Notes: generated by a model not told the origin, from the letters alone. 64,000 bases of DNA from Thermodesulfobacteriota bacterium (GCA_049320885.1 JBMORA010000001.1:32001-96000), one strand, 5' to 3'; positions 29,437 through 38,513 are shown, counted from the stretch's first letter. Numbers and translations: made by a program.

Positions 29437-31650
29437 ATGAGGTTTATCGTGGCGGAAATCTTTCTCCTTTGGATCCTGCGGAATTCTGGCAAAGTCTGGA
29501 TTGTCCTGATGGCGCTTGCCGTGGTGTTCGGCTACAACGCATCCAAAGTGCGCATGGACAACTCCATGGAAGTATGGATCCCCCTTAAAAGCCCGATCAA
29601 AACCCAATATGAACGTTTCCTCCAGGAGTTCGGTTCCGAGGAATACATGCTGGTCGCCTTTCAACTCCCTGGGGGACTGAGCCGGGACCATCTTGTGATG
29701 ACCGGCCGATTGAGCCGCGCGCTGAAAAAGGAATCCGGAATCCGCAGCGTCTGGTCCCTGACGGAAATTTTCGATCGACCAAGCGAATACATCGATCTTT
29801 TCAAGATAATGATCCTGTCGTCGGGTTTTGCAAAGCATCTGCTCATCGCGCCGGATGGCAAGGCCGCCGGCATCATTGTCCTGCTTTCCGAAGGAGGCCT
29901 TCGCGACAGAGGCGGTGTGCTGAAGCGAATCAAGGAAACCGTGGCGGCAACACTGCCCCATGGCCCCGAGGCCTTTATCGCCGGCCCATCCGTCATCAAC
30001 GCCGAACTGGACCATATCTCCCAGCGGAATGCGATGATCTATTACCCGATCCTGTTTGCCGCCTGTCTGTTTATGCTGCTGATGATTTTCAAGTCCTTGA
30101 CCGGCGTCGTTGTGCCTGCGCTGATGGCGGGCTTCGCTCTCATGCTGACGGTGGGCTGGATGGGAATTCTGGAAGCCGAACTGAATGTCATCACCATCGC
30201 TGTGCTGCCACTGGTCATGGTCACATCGCTGGCCTATTCCATTTATTTTTACAACGATTATGAAGGGCATGGGGAGCACCGTCCTCCTGCCGCCGTTGGA
30301 AGCCATGAGTCCGCTGTGATGAAGGCCTATAACAATATCCACCTGCCCTTGTTCCTCAGCGCCCTGACAACCGTGATCGGCTTTTTATCCCTCATGGCCA
30401 GCGATATCGGGCCTGTCAGCGACCTGGGGCTTTTCGTCGCCCTGGGGATCGGGTCGACCTTTCTCTTGGCCATTTCATTTCTGCCCCTGCTCCTGATGCG
30501 ATTTCCCCGGCCGCATCCAAAACCGCGGCCGTCGGAGCCCCTTCATGGGCCGGCCGGTTTTTTCCCACGCACAGGACGTTTCGTCCTCCAATCCAAAAGA
30601 TGGGTCATCGCTATCTTCAGCCTCGGCATGATCCTGGCCGGCATCGGCATGAGCAACCTCAGCATCGAAACCGACGCCTTGATGTTCTTCCCGGATGACT
30701 CGCCCATCGTGGCCGCCTATCATTTCATCGAGAGCCGTTTCACCGCCTTGGCGCCGGTGGAAGTCGTCATCACGGCCCAGGATGCGCCATGGGAAAACCA
30801 CCTGCCGGATTACGACACCCGAATGAAAATAAAAAGCTTCCAGGAAGACATTCTGCAAAATCCGGAAATCGTCACCTCCAAATCCATCGTGGACATTTGG
30901 GAAGATACCATCAGTGCCGAACTCATGGAAACCAGCGCCATCCCGAATCAGCGCCTGCTGCAGAGTCTCGAGACGGCAAGCCGCTATTTCATCAACGACC
31001 GTGGAACAACTACCCGCATTTCCGTCCGCGTCAAGAGCCTGGCTTCCAACCAGTTCCAAACCATCGTCACCTATATCGAAGCAAAAGCCCGGGAGCATTT
31101 CAACGGCTGGCGGGATGTTTATATAACCGGAATCGTTCCTATTATCGTCGACATGCAGAACCAGCTGCTGCAGAGCCTGATGAAAAGTTTCCTGATCGCG
31201 TTCGGCATCATATTCGGGGTCTTCCTCCTCCTGTTGAAATCGATGAAAAAGGCAGCCATCTGCATGTTCGTGAATCTGCTCCCGATCGTCGTCATTTTCG
31301 GATTTATGGGCTGGATGGACATCAAGCTGAGTGTGGCCACCGTGATGATCGGGAGCATCGCCATCGGGATCTGCGTGGATGACACTGTCCATTTCATCAC
31401 GCGCCTGAAACAGGAAAGCTACGGTACCGCCGACCTGCATGGGCCGCTCCTGATAACCCTCGCCGCCACCGGCAAATCGATCGCATCTACATCGCTGGCC
31501 AATCTATCCGGATTCATCGTGCTCTGCTTTTCCGGTTTTGTTCCCATGCAGCAGTTCGGTATGTTGACCGGCATCACCATTGTCATCGCCATGCTGGCGG
31601 ATCTGCTGCTCCTGCCAGCCTTGCTGGCGTTTTTCCGGATCAGACTTTAA
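29437..31650 (+). CDS. MMPL/RND family lipid exporter
   Basis: Duplicated RND topology; SALTTVIGFLSL, SIAIGICVDDTVHF and ADLLLLPALL motifs. Confidence 0.9.
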   Translation: MRFIVAEIFLLWILRNSGKVWIVLMALAVVFGYNASKVRMDNSMEVWIPLKSPIKTQYERFLQEFGSEEYMLVAFQLPGGLSRDHLVMTGRLSRALKKESGIRSVWSLTEIFDRPSEYIDLFKIMILSSGFAKHLLIAPDGKAAGIIVLLSEGGLRDRGGVLKRIKETVAATLPHGPEAFIAGPSVINAELDHISQRNAMIYYPILFAACLFMLLMIFKSLTGVVVPALMAGFALMLTVGWMGILEAELNVITIAVLPLVMVTSLAYSIYFYNDYEGHGEHRPPAAVGSHESAVMKAYNNIHLPLFLSALTTVIGFLSLMASDIGPVSDLGLFVALGIGSTFLLAISFLPLLLMRFPRPHPKPRPSEPLHGPAGFFPRTGRFVLQSKRWVIAIFSLGMILAGIGMSNLSIETDALMFFPDDSPIVAAYHFIESRFTALAPVEVVITAQDAPWENHLPDYDTRMKIKSFQEDILQNPEIVTSKSIVDIWEDTISAELMETSAIPNQRLLQSLETASRYFINDRGTTTRISVRVKSLASNQFQTIVTYIEAKAREHFNGWRDVYITGIVPIIVDMQNQLLQSLMKSFLIAFGIIFGVFLLLLKSMKKAAICMFVNLLPIVVIFGFMGWMDIKLSVATVMIGSIAIGICVDDTVHFITRLKQESYGTADLHGPLLITLAATGKSIASTSLANLSGFIVLCFSGFVPMQQFGMLTGITIVIAMLADLLLLPALLAFFRIRL

Positions 31651-33054
31651 CAGCACCCGCAGCTTTCTGGTGATTCCAAGCAGGTACGCATGCTTCCACA
31701 CCGGACGGAATCGAAGCCTCCGGGCCAATTGTTGCAGCAGTACATTAGCGGGCCAATACCAGTCTTCGGCGCTGCTCCAGGTCAGCTCGGGATAACAAAA
31801 CCGGTCGACGTCCGTTACATGCTGGATGCCCATGGCCTTGGACAGATAGCAGACCGGCCGTAAAAGCCCTGCCTCATCGGACAGGAGGCCCTCTTTTCTG
31901 GCAACGGCCTCCAGTTCGGTCCCTGGATAAATTCGCATGCCCAGATTGAACAAAACCTGGTTGGGTTTTTTGATCGTTTTGAGGAAAGCGACGGTTTCCC
32001 GCATGGTTTCCTTGGTCTCGCCCGGTCCACCCAGCAGAATGCAGAATAAAAACGGAATCCCGTGTCGGGAATACAATTCGGCGGTATGGGCGATATCGCT
32101 TTTTGCAAACCGTTTTTTCAGATTCTTCAGCATGACCTCCGAGGCCGAATCGATGCCGACTTCCACCCCGATGCATCCGGACGCCTTCATCAACGCTACA
32201 AGGCCTGCATGGATACCGCGGGGGCTGGTCATGGCGGACCAGTGGATCCTCAGCTTGCGCCGGACGATTTCCGCGCATATGGCTCTTGCATGCTGCTCCG
32301 GAAATGAAAAAACGCTGTCGACAAAATAGAAATGGGCAACCCCTTGGTCCCGATGCAGCCCCTCGATCTCATCCACGACAGCGGCGGGAGCGCGCAGACG
32401 GTAGCGCCGGCCTTCGACGAGCGGATAACAGCAGTAAATGCAATTGAAGGCGCAGCCGCGCTTTGTCTGAACAGCGGCGTAGCCGCCATGGCGGAGATAC
32501 GCTTTCAGATCGATCAAATCCCAGGCCGGTCTCGCCAGCGCATCCATTTCACTGAATTGCTTTCTATTATTGGTGATGTAACGATTTTCCCGGGCATACA
32601 CCAGCCCGGGAACCATGGCAATATCTTCCCCGTTCCGGTGTTTCTGAAGAAACGAAAGAAAGCTTTCCTCCCCTTCACCGACGATTCCATACGAAAGTCC
32701 CAGATAGTGCAAAATCCCTTCCGGGCAACTGGAAAAACCGGCCCCGCCGATGATGATGTCTCGATTGGTTGCATTCTTGACAGTATCAACGACGGTCTTG
32801 ACTTCTTCCAGATAGCTCCTTGATCCGATACAAGTGGAATTATCCAGGTTTCTAAGCGATATTCCGATCAGATCAGGCTTGAAGTGCGTTACAGCCTCGC
32901 GAACCTCCTTTTCGCCATGGGCTGCAAAACACAAATCCAGCAATCTCACGGTGTATCCATTCTCCCGGAGTGTTCCCGCGATGTACGCCAGCCCGATGGG
33001 CGCCACAGGAAAAGGCAGCATTTCCCGGCTGGTTGAAATCAGCAAGATCTTCAA
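31504..33054 (-). CDS. Cobalamin-binding radical SAM enzyme (lipid-biosynthesis-associated type)
   Basis: TTG start with a GGGAGG RBS; PFPVAPIGLAYIA, DLIGISLRNLDN, GGAGFS, KRGCAFNCIYC, GGPGET, RIYPGT. The 3' end overlaps the MMPL gene. Confidence 0.9.
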   Translation of the reverse strand: MKILLISTSREMLPFPVAPIGLAYIAGTLRENGYTVRLLDLCFAAHGEKEVREAVTHFKPDLIGISLRNLDNSTCIGSRSYLEEVKTVVDTVKNATNRDIIIGGAGFSSCPEGILHYLGLSYGIVGEGEESFLSFLQKHRNGEDIAMVPGLVYARENRYITNNRKQFSEMDALARPAWDLIDLKAYLRHGGYAAVQTKRGCAFNCIYCCYPLVEGRRYRLRAPAAVVDEIEGLHRDQGVAHFYFVDSVFSFPEQHARAICAEIVRRKLRIHWSAMTSPRGIHAGLVALMKASGCIGVEVGIDSASEVMLKNLKKRFAKSDIAHTAELYSRHGIPFLFCILLGGPGETKETMRETVAFLKTIKKPNQVLFNLGMRIYPGTELEAVARKEGLLSDEAGLLRPVCYLSKAMGIQHVTDVDRFCYPELTWSSAEDWYWPANVLLQQLARRLRFRPVWKHAYLLGITRKLRVLLKSDPEKRQQGWQEQQIRQHGDDNGDAGQHTELLHGNKTGKAEHDESG

Positions 33055-33242
33055 GTCCCTTCCTCCCAGTTGCCGTTGAACCAAAGTCCACCCCCAAACC
33101 GATTATCAAACTATCCGGCACCAAAGCAACCATAACTACTCCACCCTGGCCGAAGCGCGCATCTGCGTCCTGCTCCGGCTTGTTCATTTACTTTTCAGGC
33201 GTATGGTTGCATGCTATGGAAAATTTTTTGCTTGATTTTTTT

Positions 33243-33257
33243 GTTTAGCTTGTATAC
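33243..33257. promoter_or_regulatory. Putative MarR operator 1 (GTTTA-N5-TATAC)
   Basis: Imperfect inverted repeat just upstream of the marR start; a near-identical site occurs at 33749-33763. Confidence 0.55.
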
Positions 33258-33266
33258 TATACTCTC

Positions 33267-33731
33267 ATGAACGCCAAGACCCAAACCATTGCCCAATTGA
33301 TGCTGCAGTTTTACCGGATCGTCAACAAGATCACGGAACTGGAAAAAACGCCCTATGATTTCGGTGTCGGCGAAAAACTTTATCCATCTGAAATTCATAC
33401 GATACAGGCCATCGGCAACAACAGCGGCATCAACGTTACCGAACTGGCCAAAAATCTCGGCATCACCAAAGGGGGCGCTTCCCAAATGATATCCAAACTC
33501 AAGAAACGTGGCTTCATCAACAAAGTCAGAAGCATGGAAAACGACAAGGAAGTGCTTCTGATCCTGACAGCCAAAGGCCAGACCGCCTACAACGGGCACG
33601 AACAATTTCATGCCGACCTGTATATCGACTTTGTCGCCTACATGAATGATATCAGCCGGGAACAGATCGATATATTTAAAGATATTTTAGAAAAAATAGA
33701 GTTTTATGTGGACCGGTATCGCATAGAATAA
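33267..33731 (+). CDS. MarR family transcriptional regulator
   Basis: SEIHTIQAIG, INVTELAKNLGITKGGASQMISKLKKRGFI, LTAKG winged helix. Confidence 0.92.
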   Translation: MNAKTQTIAQLMLQFYRIVNKITELEKTPYDFGVGEKLYPSEIHTIQAIGNNSGINVTELAKNLGITKGGASQMISKLKKRGFINKVRSMENDKEVLLILTAKGQTAYNGHEQFHADLYIDFVAYMNDISREQIDIFKDILEKIEFYVDRYRIE

Positions 33732-33748
33732 TTTTTTTTGCCATTATT

Positions 33749-33763
33749 GTTTAGTTCATAAAC
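33749..33763. promoter_or_regulatory. Putative MarR operator 2 (GTTTA-N5-TAAAC)
   Basis: Perfect 5-bp inverted repeat between marR and the DUF523-like gene. Confidence 0.55.
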
Positions 33764-33787
33764 CTTAATATGAATTGAGCCGACACC

Positions 33788-34477
33788 ATGAGGATCTGGT
33801 CACCCACCCACGGCGAGCCGCCAAACGAAAAATACCGGGAACTGCTTCACCGATTCGGGGACAAACGGAAGAAAACGGTGATTTTTCTTTCCCACTGTAT
33901 TCTGAACGAGAACACCCGGTATCCCGGCGGTGCCTGCCGGGCAGGCTGCCTGGCGGAAATTGTTCATCAGTGCATCGACCACGGGCTGGGAATGGTTCAG
34001 CTGCCCTGCCCGGAGCAATCTGCCTGGGGCGGAGTCTCCAAACGGTTGCTGTTGATGGCATATGGTGCCGACGGAACGATTTTATTTACCCTTCGGCAGT
34101 TCGCTGTGCCCTTGATTCGGATTTATTCCCGATGGATGAACGGTCGAATCGCGACCCGAATCGTCCGCCATATCCAGGACTATCTCGATTCCGGCTTCAG
34201 CGTTCGGGGCATCGTCGGCATTGACGGTTCGCCCACCTGCGGCGTCGACAAAATCCTGGATTTCAGGAAATCGTTTGAAGTGCTGGCCTCCATGGATATC
34301 ACTGCCGTTACGGCGACGGATGCAGGTAAGGTGGTGCGGGAATGCCTGGTGGATGGGGAAGGTTTTTTCATTCAGGCCCTGCGAACCAAACTGAACCGCA
34401 GAAGACTATTTATCCCTTTCCTGGGCCACAATCTGATTGCGGAGCTGGCTGGGGAAAAGAGCAATGTGATCCTGTAA
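33788..34477 (+). CDS. DUF523 / TudS-related Fe-S protein
   Basis: SHCILNEN, QLPCPE and GIDGSPTCGV cysteine motifs. Confidence 0.75.
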   Translation: MRIWSPTHGEPPNEKYRELLHRFGDKRKKTVIFLSHCILNENTRYPGGACRAGCLAEIVHQCIDHGLGMVQLPCPEQSAWGGVSKRLLLMAYGADGTILFTLRQFAVPLIRIYSRWMNGRIATRIVRHIQDYLDSGFSVRGIVGIDGSPTCGVDKILDFRKSFEVLASMDITAVTATDAGKVVRECLVDGEGFFIQALRTKLNRRRLFIPFLGHNLIAELAGEKSNVIL

Positions 34478-34567
34478 AATGAGGACAAGTACCATGCAGA
34501 ACATATCTCGTGCAGAAATGGGCGCTATGCCCCAGGTCAAAGCAGCTGAACGGCCGGGGGTGTCGGA

Positions 34568-35401
34568 ATGAAATGGTTTCCAATCCATCGCACTCCGCCG
34601 AAACCGGTTGATTTCCGTTGCAAATCAGCCCCACAGCACCCCTATAACCATCCCCCGGCAAGCCCTGAGCTATCAGCGCCCTCATACGGAGTCGTCACTC
34701 GGGACAGCAACGGCCAATCCTGGCGCTTGGAATCCCTGCGATGGTACGACAAATGGCTGAAGGGGAAGAATACCGGAATCGAGCAGGATCCGCCGGTCAA
34801 CATCTGGATCATGGGCCGCAACCAGTGGCGGGCGGAAATTGAATGGCCCATCGGTCGTACAAAATATGTCGATCTCTACCTCCGGCCGCAGGGGATGCGC
34901 GGAGGCACCGGCAGGCTCTGCCAGGAGCGACCCGAAACAGCCGAAAGAAAAATGTCCTATCTGTCCTGGCCCTTTTCTCCCGGAATAATCGGCCGGTCGC
35001 AACTGGTCTACCGCAGTGATATTCTTTGTTCGGAAGTGGAGGTCACCGGGCACATCGTGCTCACCCTATATGCCGCCTGCATCTGGCCGAACGCGAATCG
35101 TTTCCTTACTGGTCATCGGATTCGGTTGGAAATCGCCTGCACCGAGTCGATTTATCATGATTTCCCCTATGTCCACTTCTCCGCGCTTTCCTGCGGCAAG
35201 GTCAGCGTGATCAGTTCACCGGAATATCCCTCAAAGCTGACCCTGCCGCTGGTGGATTCCAGCCTGGAATTCAACGGCGATGATGCCGGCATCCAATTCG
35301 AGAAGCATCCATCCAATTATTTCGCCACCAACGGGAAAGCAAGACGATTCGGGTGCGAGAAGGAAACATCCGTGGAGATGCTTGAAAGGAGTGTGCTATG
35401 A
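34568..35401 (+). pseudogene. CocE/NonD-family hydrolase remnant (C-terminal domain only, internally deleted)
   Basis: LRWYDKWLKGKNTGI, WIMGRNQWRAEIEWP, EVTGHIVLTLYA and GHRIRLEI are present. The catalytic N-terminal domain (GxSYxG) is absent. Confidence 0.7.
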
Positions 35402-35883
35402 CGAATAAAATGACGAAGTGGGGCTGTGGACCACGATTCGGACTTTATTCCGCTTTCTATTGCATCCTGATGTTCGGTTTGACGATATATTTTGAGCCGC
35501 TCTTTACCATAGCCTTTATACCATACGGATTTTCGAGATGGCTTGCTATCGCTCCCCTTATCCTGGGAATCCCTTTCTATCTCTTTTCCCTTGTATCCGT
35601 TATGCGCGCCTTTAAAGCCGGTAAGCTCGTTACCAAAGGTGTATATGGTATGTGCCGGCATCCGGTATATTCCGCCTGGATCCTATTTTTCATTCCGGGT
35701 CTCGCTTTGCTTCTCAACTCCTGGGCGCTCTTGTCCGCTTCCGTTGTGCTGTATTTCCTGGCAAGATTCATGGTCAGGGAAGAAGATATGTATCTAGAGA
35801 TTATGTTTGGCGAGGAATATTTGAAATACAAATCCGAAGTTCCGGCCATCCTGCCATACGGCTGGCAAACGCGTCACAAATGA
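35398..35883 (+). CDS. Isoprenylcysteine carboxylmethyltransferase (ICMT/PEMT) family membrane protein
   Basis: LVTKGVYGMCRHPVY, EEDMYLEIMFGEEYLKYKSEVP; several TM segments. Confidence 0.88.
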   Translation: MTNKMTKWGCGPRFGLYSAFYCILMFGLTIYFEPLFTIAFIPYGFSRWLAIAPLILGIPFYLFSLVSVMRAFKAGKLVTKGVYGMCRHPVYSAWILFFIPGLALLLNSWALLSASVVLYFLARFMVREEDMYLEIMFGEEYLKYKSEVPAILPYGWQTRHK

Positions 35884-35981
35884 GGGCATACCTGATGGGT
35901 ATGGGAGATGGGAGCCTCCTCTACCGGATAAGTCTTTAAAAAAATAGGATCATATCGTCCCAAAAAGATAAGGATCAACAA

Positions 35982-36455
35982 ATGATTACATTAAAAACAA
36001 TCGTGAAGGTCAAAGGGATTACGTCAAAGGATATCTATGATTTCATGCTCAATTGCACGGATGCGGACTATCAAAGGTGGTGGGCAGGCACGCACCTGGT
36101 TTGCCATACGGTGAAACACTATCCCGGCGATATCGGCAACATCATCTATGCAGATGAATTTGTAGGTAAATATAGGGTAAAGGGACACGCCGTCATCACC
36201 AGGCTGGTGCCGTACAGCGAAATGGTCTACCAGATCAAGAAGCTCATCAAATTACCCGCATGGTTCACCATGATATTCGAAGAAGTGGATGACGGTCTCA
36301 ACATCGTCCATATCGTGGAGGTGGGGTTCCATGGTATCGGGAGGATCATCGATCCCATCATCCGGTTTTTTCTGAATGATGATTTTGAAAGCGCGTTAAA
36401 CGCCCATGCCCATGAAGAATTCCCCAAGTTGGCCAAGATGTTGGCGACGCAATGA
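35982..36455 (+). CDS. Hypothetical protein, probable SRPBCC/START-like fold
   Basis: 157 aa with an AAGGA RBS. Beta-rich pattern, YQRWW, C-terminal helix AHAHEEFPKLAKML. Confidence 0.6.
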   Translation: MITLKTIVKVKGITSKDIYDFMLNCTDADYQRWWAGTHLVCHTVKHYPGDIGNIIYADEFVGKYRVKGHAVITRLVPYSEMVYQIKKLIKLPAWFTMIFEEVDDGLNIVHIVEVGFHGIGRIIDPIIRFFLNDDFESALNAHAHEEFPKLAKMLATQ

Positions 36456-36584
36456 AATTACCACTGATCCTTCAATGGGCCGTAAACAGGCCGCCTTGAC
36501 AAGCCTGCCCGCAGGACAAATGTTATCTCAGTCACCATTACCGGATCACCGGGCATTCATCATACGGCTGCGGAGGAGGATGCC

Positions 36585-36791
36585 ATGATATATCATATTG
36601 ACGCAATTATCGGGAAGTTCGACTATCTGGACAACCGGGCGCTGGGGGAACCTGGCCCCGGCCACCCGGGGAAACAGACGCTCGCCTTGGGCCGGATCCG
36701 AAAACGGATCAATGGATTGGGCGGCAGCGCCAACAACTATATTCTGAAAAAGATGGGCCTGCAATTGAGCGACATGCTGGACATGCTCTAA
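36585..36791 (+). CDS. Small hypothetical protein, possibly a degenerate HicA-like toxin
   Basis: 68 aa, strong GGAGGAGG RBS; HPGK...ILKKMGLQLSDMLDML. Confidence 0.4.
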   Translation: MIYHIDAIIGKFDYLDNRALGEPGPGHPGKQTLALGRIRKRINGLGGSANNYILKKMGLQLSDMLDML

Positions 36792-36882
36792 AAGACAGCC
36801 ACGCCTCCTGAATGGCCCCTCGAAAGCCCCTCCGCGCCTAACCGAAAGAATGGGCCGGCAAGGGGCTTTGGTTTTTCATACG

Positions 36883-36910
36883 GGGAACCCCGGCCCCGGG
36901 GGTTCCCTTT
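36883..36910 (+). terminator. GC-rich hairpin, terminator-like
   Basis: GGGAACCCC-N7-GGGGTTCCC followed by TTT. Confidence 0.45.
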
Positions 36911-37080
36911 CTGCCACACGACTCTTCGCCGTCCGCCTCCCATTTGTTTCAAGGCGTAAGTGCTCCGGTGGCAGTTCTCAATTCTCCTACGATGGGTTTT
37001 GAAAAAAGTTGAAGGCTTTTAGCAGCCTATTCAATCAATAAAATAAACCTTGAATCCAATGAATAATCATGGGATATACA

Positions 37081-37114
37081 GGCGTTGGATAAGTCGGCGG
37101 ACTTATCCAACGCC
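37081..37114. repeat. Perfect 15-bp inverted repeat
   Basis: GGCGTTGGATAAGTC-GGCG-GACTTATCCAACGCC. Confidence 0.9.
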
Positions 37115-37149
37115 ATCTTGTGCCCGTCAGGGTGAGATGGTGGGGGGGT

Positions 37150-37284
37150 ATTGCCAGTGATGCCGGCGTGAAGCTTGCCGCCCAGAAACAAGCAGCCTAC
37201 CTAAAATCACAGATGGGCACAATTTTGGGCACCATTGCAGATTTTGAACAAAAAAATAGGCCAGCCGAAACGGCTGACCCATAG
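37150..37284 (+). pseudogene. Probable C-terminal remnant of a tyrosine integrase
   Basis: Translates as IASDAGVKLAAQKQAAYLKSQMGTILGTIADFEQKNRPAETADP*. This resembles the post-catalytic-Tyr tail of tRNA-targeting integrases and ends 7 bp from the tRNA 3' end. Confidence 0.6.
37250..37279 (-). terminator. Intrinsic terminator downstream of tRNA-Arg
   Basis: Minus strand GGTCAGCCG-TTT-CGGCTGGCC followed by TATTTTTTT. Confidence 0.65.
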
Positions 37285-37291
37285 AAATCAT

Positions 37292-37368
<77 letters not shown>

Positions 37369-37482
37369 TGAAAAGAAAATGGCTTTTCGTATCACATGAA
37401 TTGTGAGATTGTCCACAGAAAAGAATTCCCGGCCGTAGCGGGAAAGAAATGGGGATCGATTATCAAGGAAACATCAAGCCGC

Positions 37483-38433
37483 ATGGGAAAAGAAGACAAC
37501 AAGCAGCCGAATCAGGATCATACGGGGTCGGAGCCGAATAGGAAAAAAGCCGACCCTGTCTATGACAACAGTCTGGTAAAATTCGACCCGCTCCAGCGCT
37601 ATCTCACGGAAATCAGCCAATACCGGTTGCTTACCCGGGAACAGGAACAGGTCCTCGGCAAACGGGTGCAGGAGGAAGGAGATACGGAGGCCGCCTATAC
37701 GCTGGTGACCGCGAATTTGAGGCTGGTGGTGAAAATCGCCCTGGAATTTCAGCGTGTCTGGATGCAGAATCTGCTGGATCTGATCCAGGAAGGCAATATC
37801 GGGCTCATGCAGGCCGTCAAAAAATTCGACCCGTATAAAAACGTCAAATTCTCCTACTATGCGTCTTTCTGGATCAAGGCCTATATCCTGAAGTTTATCA
37901 TGGACAACTGGCGGCTGGTGAAAATCGGAACCACCCAGGGCCAGCGGAAACTCTTTTTCAAACTGAAAAAAGAAAAACAAAAGCTGATTGAGCAGGGATT
38001 CGATCCGAAACCCAAATTGCTCTCCCAGCGGTTGGGGGTGACGGAACGGGAAATCGTGGACATGGACCAGCGCCTGGACGGCTGGGACGTATCCCTGGAT
38101 GCCCCTCTCAAGGAAGATTCCGACACGGAACGGATTGAATTTCTGAGCACGAACTCCGATTCGGCGGAAGAAAAAATGGCAAAAAAGGAGATTGAAACCC
38201 TTCTGCATAACAAGGTAGAGGATTTCAAGAAAACCTTGACGGATCGCGAACTCGAAATTTTCGAAATCCGGATCTTCTCCGACAAGCCGATAACCCTTCA
38301 GGAAATCGGGGATCAATACGGAATCTCCCGGGAACGGGTCCGGCAGGTGGAAAAAAATATCATGAAAAAGATGCGAGACTTTTTCAAGCGGGAAATCCCT
38401 GATTTCGAGGCCTATACCATCGACAGCGATTAA
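37483..38433 (+). CDS. rpoH: RNA polymerase sigma-32 factor
   Basis: LVTANLRLVVKIA, DLIQEGNIGLMQAV, RpoH box QRKLFFKLK, TLQEIG..SRERVRQVE. Confidence 0.9.
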   Translation: MGKEDNKQPNQDHTGSEPNRKKADPVYDNSLVKFDPLQRYLTEISQYRLLTREQEQVLGKRVQEEGDTEAAYTLVTANLRLVVKIALEFQRVWMQNLLDLIQEGNIGLMQAVKKFDPYKNVKFSYYASFWIKAYILKFIMDNWRLVKIGTTQGQRKLFFKLKKEKQKLIEQGFDPKPKLLSQRLGVTEREIVDMDQRLDGWDVSLDAPLKEDSDTERIEFLSTNSDSAEEKMAKKEIETLLHNKVEDFKKTLTDRELEIFEIRIFSDKPITLQEIGDQYGISRERVRQVEKNIMKKMRDFFKREIPDFEAYTIDSD

Positions 38434-38513
38434 CCGGCGGACGCGCCTGCCGGCCCAATACGTTGTGGATCAATCATTTGTCGTCCGGAACATTCCAGAT
38501 GCTGACCATCCTG

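Larger units (their letters stand above)
20340..37291. mobile_element. Putative decayed genomic island integrated at tRNA-Arg (left boundary uncertain)
   Basis: Integrase remnant at the tRNA 3' end, pseudogenes, AT-richer spacers, and an extra IHF/histone-like pair at the left side. No duplicated att site was found. Confidence 0.55.

Noticed and set aside
33055..33200. Short minus-strand frame ending FGGGLWFNGNWEEGT* overlapping the rSAM start
   Set aside because: It could be a gene remnant, but it is too short and interrupted to support.
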